A stretch of 54,188 nt of DNA from the NCBI GenBank assembly GCA_021818685.1, contig JAKATP010000005.1:1-54188 (forward strand). Direction: 5' to 3'. The notes under the pieces are model-generated. The model had not been told where the DNA came from, searched no databases, and saw nothing but the letters and a program-made list of their open reading frames with translations. This DNA comes from Bacillota bacterium. GTDB lineage: Bacteria; Bacillota; Sulfobacillia; Sulfobacillales; JAIMBI01. The position numbers and the translations under genes were made by a program. Shown here one piece after another: positions 49,764 to 54,188 of the stretch (the first letter of the stretch is position 1; each line of letters begins with the position of its first letter).

Positions 49764-51544
49764 GCCCCTTCCGACCCCCTCGCGCGGGAGGCCTCCTCCC
49801 GCTGCCGCTTGACGCCGGGCGACACCGGATCATCAAAGAGTCGGCGGAGATCCGGGGGCATTTCCGGCACCGGCTCGTCCCGGACCTTTATCCGGCCGTC
49901 TGGACCGAGTGTCTGGACAATGTTGCGACGACCCTCTTCGGGGTCCTCGTCCGGGTAGTCGGTGCGCCAGTGGGCACCACGGCTCTCCCGCCGTTCCCGC
50001 GCACCCGTCAGGATGGCGCGGGCCAGGGTGAGCATGTTCTGCACGTCAAACACGAGCCCCCAGCCGGGATTGAAATGCAGGCCCCCGTCGGCCGACATCC
50101 GGTTCGCCCGCTCCGAGAGCCGTTCGAGGTGGCCGAGTCCGTCAGTGAGGCTCGTGCCGGAGCGCATGATGCCGGCATAGGTGGACATGAGCTGCTGAAG
50201 CTGGGCGTGGATCAGGTAGGGGTTTTCGCCGCTCTCGATGGCAAAAGGGGCGAGGACGCGCCGGCGCTCCTCCTCTATGGACGAGTACGACAAGGAAGAC
50301 GTCCCGGGGCGCCTCGCGGCGTAGGCCGCCGCCGCGAGGCCGGCGCGGCGGCCGAACACCAAAAGGTCGCCCAGGCTATTGCCACCGAGACGATTGCCGC
50401 CGTGCAGGCCGGCCGCCGTCTCCCCGCATGCATAGAGACCTTCAATATTGGTGGCGCCGGTCTCCGCTTCCACCCGGAGCCCGCCCATGGTGTAGTGGGT
50501 CGTCGGCGCCACCTCGAATCGCTCCCGGGTGATGTCTAGATCGGCGAGCTTTAAGAACTGCTCATACATGGTTGGAAGCTTCCGCTTGATATAAGCCGGG
50601 CCCTTGTGACTGATGTCGAGCCATGCCCCCCCGTGGGGTGTCCCCCGGCCCGCCTGCACCTCCCGAAAGATGGAGCGCGAGACCACATCGCGCGCGGAGA
50701 GCTCCTTCCGCTCGGGGTCGTAGCGCAACATGAAGCGCTCGTTCTGGCTGTTGAACAGGAGCCCGCCTTCACCGCGGACCCCTTCGGTTACCAGAATGCC
50801 ACGCACGCCCGGCGGCCACACCATACCTGTCGGATGGAACTGGACCATCTCCATGTCCATGAGCTCGGCTCCTGCCCGAAAGGAGATGGCGGCTCCGTCG
50901 CCGGTGGACTCCCACGAGTTCGAGCTCACCTTATAGACTCGGCCCCAACCGCCGCTGGCCATGATGACGGCATGCGCTGAAAAGATGAGAAAGCGGCCAT
51001 CGTCGCGCTGGTAGCAGAATGCACCAGCCGCCCGACCATTGTCGTCGAGGAAGAGGCGGGTCGTGATGACCTCCGGGTACACGTCCACCCGTTTGGTGGC
51101 CAGGATCTTGTACTCCAGCGTGCGGATCAGTTCCTTGCCGGTGCTGTCGCCCACGTGTGCGAGTCGGCGGAACGAGTGGGCGCCGAAGGGACGCTGCATG
51201 ATCCGGCCGTCCTCGGTGCGGTCAAAGACGGCCCCCCAGGTTTCAAGCTCGAGCACCCGGTCCGGCGCCTCCTGGGTATACAGCGAAACCATCCGGTAGT
51301 TGTTCAGGAAGTGGCCGGCCTTCATGGTGTCGTAGAAGTGCGTGTCAAAGCTGTCGTACGGGTCGAGATTCCCGAGCGCGGCCGCGATGCCGCCTTCGGC
51401 CATGACCGTGTGCGCCTTGCCGAGGAGCGACTTGGACAGGACCGCCACTCGGGCGCCCTCCTCAGCCGCGGCTAGCGCCGCACGCAGCCCGGCTCCTCCC
51501 GCTCCCACGATGAGGACGTCATAGTGCAGGGGGTCGATGTTCAT
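49760..51544 (-). CDS. sdhA: Succinate dehydrogenase/fumarate reductase flavoprotein subunit
   Basis: GAGGAG, AHTVMAEGG, QFHPT, TEGVRGEGG, HYTMGG, HGGNRLGGNSL, ESRGAH. Confidence 0.93.
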   Translation of the reverse strand: MNIDPLHYDVLIVGAGGAGLRAALAAAEEGARVAVLSKSLLGKAHTVMAEGGIAAALGNLDPYDSFDTHFYDTMKAGHFLNNYRMVSLYTQEAPDRVLELETWGAVFDRTEDGRIMQRPFGAHSFRRLAHVGDSTGKELIRTLEYKILATKRVDVYPEVITTRLFLDDNGRAAGAFCYQRDDGRFLIFSAHAVIMASGGWGRVYKVSSNSWESTGDGAAISFRAGAELMDMEMVQFHPTGMVWPPGVRGILVTEGVRGEGGLLFNSQNERFMLRYDPERKELSARDVVSRSIFREVQAGRGTPHGGAWLDISHKGPAYIKRKLPTMYEQFLKLADLDITRERFEVAPTTHYTMGGLRVEAETGATNIEGLYACGETAAGLHGGNRLGGNSLGDLLVFGRRAGLAAAAYAARRPGTSSLSYSSIEEERRRVLAPFAIESGENPYLIHAQLQQLMSTYAGIMRSGTSLTDGLGHLERLSERANRMSADGGLHFNPGWGLVFDVQNMLTLARAILTGARERRESRGAHWRTDYPDEDPEEGRRNIVQTLGPDGRIKVRDEPVPEMPPDLRRLFDDPVSPGVKRQREEASRARGSEGA

Positions 51545-52314
51545 CGGAGGAGCCTCGGATCCCGAATCAGTCCGAGAATCAGGAGCCGGACGTACACGGC
51601 CGTACCCCACACCCAGAACATGGAAATCCAGGCGTAAAGACCGTGATGCTGGTTGAGTCGGCTGATGACCCGCCAGAGGTGGTAGCGGGCGCGGGGACGG
51701 CGCGGCTTACAGCGGTAACAGTTCAGGTTTCCACCTGCCAGGTGTCGGAATGCGTGGCAGGAAAACGTATAGAGGCTTAGGAGCGCGGCGTCGACCAGAA
51801 GCAGGAGGGACCCGAGGCCTATCCCGAACCGACCTCCGAAGTCAAATCCGTGGAGGGCATCGACCCACAGGAAAACGACGACGACCGTACTCAGATAGAA
51901 GAAGAACCGATGAAAATAGGTCCACACCATCGGGGGACGTGTTTCTCCGGTATAGCGGGTGCGACGGTCCGGAACGGCGCAGGCCGGCGGGCTCCCAAAC
52001 CAGGCACGGTAGTACTCCCGCCGATAGTAGTAGCAAGAGGCACGGAACAAGAGCGGCACCCACGCCACCCACAGGGCCGGAAAGACCGGAATCTTAAGCC
52101 AGCGTCCAAGATCAGGCGAAAAGTACGGCGACAGGTAGTTGTGATAGCGGCCATGCACCTGAAAAAAGACTTCCCACAGCGAGTAGAGGACAAACAGGGC
52201 GAGGGCCGCGCCTACCAGGACGGGTTCGATCCAAAAGTACCGTTCCGTCGCCGCCTTCGTCTGGTGGGGCGGTTCCTGATGCGATAGGGACGGGTGGGAA
52301 AGGGAGTCGTGCAC
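51541..52314 (-). CDS. Cys/His-rich membrane anchor, mycobacterial Rv0249c-like (Sdh1 type)
   Basis: YLSP.FSP, FR..CYYYR..YYR....PPACAV, HR.F.Y, YT.SCH.FRH..GG; first gene of the sdh operon. Confidence 0.8.
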   Translation of the reverse strand: MHDSLSHPSLSHQEPPHQTKAATERYFWIEPVLVGAALALFVLYSLWEVFFQVHGRYHNYLSPYFSPDLGRWLKIPVFPALWVAWVPLLFRASCYYYRREYYRAWFGSPPACAVPDRRTRYTGETRPPMVWTYFHRFFFYLSTVVVVFLWVDALHGFDFGGRFGIGLGSLLLLVDAALLSLYTFSCHAFRHLAGGNLNCYRCKPRRPRARYHLWRVISRLNQHHGLYAWISMFWVWGTAVYVRLLILGLIRDPRLLR

Positions 52315-52452
52315 GCTCTCGTCTCCTTGTAGCGCTCAAGGTACCCCTAGCCTTCCCGTTTTCGCGACGGTGAAGACGGCTAGGTCCTGGCCGCGTCCGT
52401 TGACCTTGGCTGGGACCGATGCTATAGTGGCCGCAACTTCATAGCGCTTCCA

Positions 52453-52557
52453 CCTTTATCAAGACAGGCAGAGGGATCGGCCCGATGATGCCTGGGCAAC
52501 CGGCGCACGATGCGTGCGGTGCCAACTCCGACGGCGCCAGACGCCGACAGATGAGGG
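52453..52557 (+). ncRNA. SAM-I riboswitch (S-box)
   Basis: CCTTTATCAAGACAGGCAGAGGGATCGGCCCGATGATGCCTGGGCAACC...GGTGCCAACTCC...AGATGAGG matches the SAM-I consensus. Confidence 0.93.
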
Positions 52558-52579
52558 AGGAACCGGAGCCCTGCACGCT

Positions 52580-52604
52580 GCGGCCCTCCTCGGGCCGTTT
52601 TTTT
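52580..52604 (+). terminator. Riboswitch expression-platform terminator
   Basis: GCGGCCC-TCCTC-GGGCCGT followed by a T tract. Confidence 0.85.
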
Positions 52605-52628
52605 GATGGACGGAAGGACGTGGGGATC

Positions 52629-53810
52629 ATGGAGGACGGATCGGCAGGACGGCCGGGCGAGTTTCAGGTCGTCTACCAGGTGCAGACGGATCCGGTCATC
52701 GGAAGGGCGACTACCGGCGGTACGGAGGCGTGGCGGGCGCGTGGACGCTTTCTTGGAGAGGTTCCGGCCCCGCGCGGCGGACGCGCGTTGGAGGCCACAG
52801 AGAGCGCCGGAGGGCTAGAGGTGCGGGCGGCCCTGTCCTTGCCGGTTCAGGCGTCCCTCGCGGCCATCGTCGACGCCCTCGAGAGTGGGTGGCCGACGGA
52901 TGTTGCCGTTCGCATCGTGCATGTCGAGTTGCCCTCCAGGCTCGAAGAACACCTGCCGGGCCCGCGGTACGGGGTGCCCGAGCTCCGGCGGCGATTCGCA
53001 ACACGGTTCCGTCCCCTCCTTCTGGCGGCGGTAGACGGAGTCTCCGACGATCTCGACGATTGGGGCGCTGCTCTCCGTGTCCAATGGCTGGCCGGCGTCG
53101 ACATCCTCGTCGAGGGGCGGGGTGAAGACACGGCCGATGGGTCGGAGACGATGCGCCGGCTCGAGAGGGCAGGCTTGGAGGCTTCCCGCATCGCGTTGGA
53201 CACTCCCCGGCGGCCGCTCTACGCCGCCCGTCTGTTCCCGTCCGGACGTGATCTCGTGGCGCAGGCCGAGCGTCTTCGGGATGCGGGGGCCGAAGCCCTG
53301 GTTGTGGAATGGACGGTGTCGGACCTCGACGCGCTGGCGGCCGTAGCTCGGCTGCCTGACAGCCCGGTGATCGTAGCGATGGCGAAGCCCCGCGAGGCGC
53401 CAGCGGCGACTCCGGCGGTTCTCGCACCGGCGGTACTGTTCGGTGAGCTGGTGCGGGCGGCGGGAGCGGATGTGTCGGGGTATGATATCGCAGCTCCCGA
53501 GGGGCGTGCGGCACCCCTCGCGGCCACGGATCAGGCGTCGGTGGGCGAAGCCCTCGCCGCGTCGGGATTCCGGCGCGCGGCGTGGCCGGCGCCGTCTTTC
53601 GGCATTCATCCCGGGATCCTGCCGAGTCTGGTCCGGGAGCTCGGTCCGGACATCGTTATCGACGCCTCGGTCGCTATCCATGGCCATCCCGGAGGTCCGC
53701 GGGCGGGGGCAGCCGCCTTCACACAGGCACTGGACCGCCTGTCGGGGTACGCCGGACCCCTACCAGACGAGCTCGCGCAGGCGCTCGCCCGCTGGGGCGG
53801 TGCCGCGTGA
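52629..53810 (+). CDS. RuBisCO-like (form IV, MtnW-like) protein with degenerate active site
   Basis: PGP.YG...RPLL, GVD, LYA, GAD, PS.GIHPG, HGHP.G..AGA.AF and ALA.WG are retained; the KDDE motif reads VEGR. Confidence 0.8.
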   Translation: MEDGSAGRPGEFQVVYQVQTDPVIGRATTGGTEAWRARGRFLGEVPAPRGGRALEATESAGGLEVRAALSLPVQASLAAIVDALESGWPTDVAVRIVHVELPSRLEEHLPGPRYGVPELRRRFATRFRPLLLAAVDGVSDDLDDWGAALRVQWLAGVDILVEGRGEDTADGSETMRRLERAGLEASRIALDTPRRPLYAARLFPSGRDLVAQAERLRDAGAEALVVEWTVSDLDALAAVARLPDSPVIVAMAKPREAPAATPAVLAPAVLFGELVRAAGADVSGYDIAAPEGRAAPLAATDQASVGEALAASGFRRAAWPAPSFGIHPGILPSLVRELGPDIVIDASVAIHGHPGGPRAGAAAFTQALDRLSGYAGPLPDELAQALARWGGAA

Positions 53811-54188
53811 GGCGCGCGACGAGACACGGGCAGGGCGCCTCCGCCATCCCCGGGGGACGTCCTCTGGCCGATCGGATGCAGGCCCTGCCGGAACAGTTCT
53901 TTTCGAACCTGGTGGCGAAGACCACGGCACGCATAAAGGCTGGACACGATGTCATCAATCTGGGGCAGGGCAATCCCATCGACGAGACCCCGCCGCATGT
54001 CGTCGACCGCCTCCGGTCCACCGCGGGCGAGCTTCGTTACCAGCGTTACGGGCCGTTCTCCGGGCTTTCTGATTTGAAGGCGGCGGCGGCACGCTGGTAT
54101 GCCGCGCGCTACGGCGTTCATCTCGACCCAGCGCGCGAGATCGCCATCACCATGGGCATGAAGGCAGGGCCACGTCATAGTCGACGAT
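53807..54188 (+). CDS. mtnE: PLP-dependent aminotransferase class I/II, MtnE-like (runs off window end)
   Basis: Manual translation LPEQFFSNLVAK...GHDVINLGQGNP...YGPFSG..LK.A...WY..RYGV.LDP.REI; GTGA overlap with the RLP stop; downstream of the S-box. Confidence 0.8.
   Translation, partial: MRRATRHGQGASAIPGGRPLADRMQALPEQFFSNLVAKTTARIKAGHDVINLGQGNPIDETPPHVVDRLRSTAGELRYQRYGPFSGLSDLKAAAARWYAARYGVHLDPAREIAITMGMKAGPRHSRR

Noticed and set aside
52629-53810. CO2-fixing RuBisCO
   Set aside because: Catalytic motifs are absent, there is no small subunit or cbb gene, and the context is methionine salvage.

Overview
GC-rich bacterial chromosomal segment. The core order glpX-rho-rpmE-prfA-prmC-sua5-ywlE-rpiB-upp-atp, a SAM-I S-box and MinC point to Bacillota; a Sulfobacillus-like acidophile is my guess only. 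The left half is accessory. It holds a coxS-L-M form II molybdoenzyme operon with a decayed coxS duplicate, a cyanophycinase/NUDIX/DUF2103 operon, an orphan minC, a secreted phosphoesterase and serine hydrolase, csoR-copA (three C-terminal YHS domains), PMM/PGM, an NCS1 permease, paaABCD and murJ. It also holds a stand-alone pair of a VirD4-like coupling ATPase and a Replic_Relax/MOBC-like nuclease with no visible element around it. The right end has an OmpR-type two-component system, a GH18 hydrolase and htrA with 11-bp periodic sequences, and an actinobacterial Sdh1-type succinate dehydrogenase. It ends with a SAM-I riboswitch operon whose first gene is a full-length RuBisCO-like (MtnW-like) protein that appears to have lost its catalytic residues. 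Best leads are the RLP pseudoenzyme, the orphan T4CP/relaxase pair, a 6S-like structured RNA upstream of glpX, a terminator-containing atp leader and the 11-bp tandem array. All calls rest on motif recognition by eye; no searches were run.
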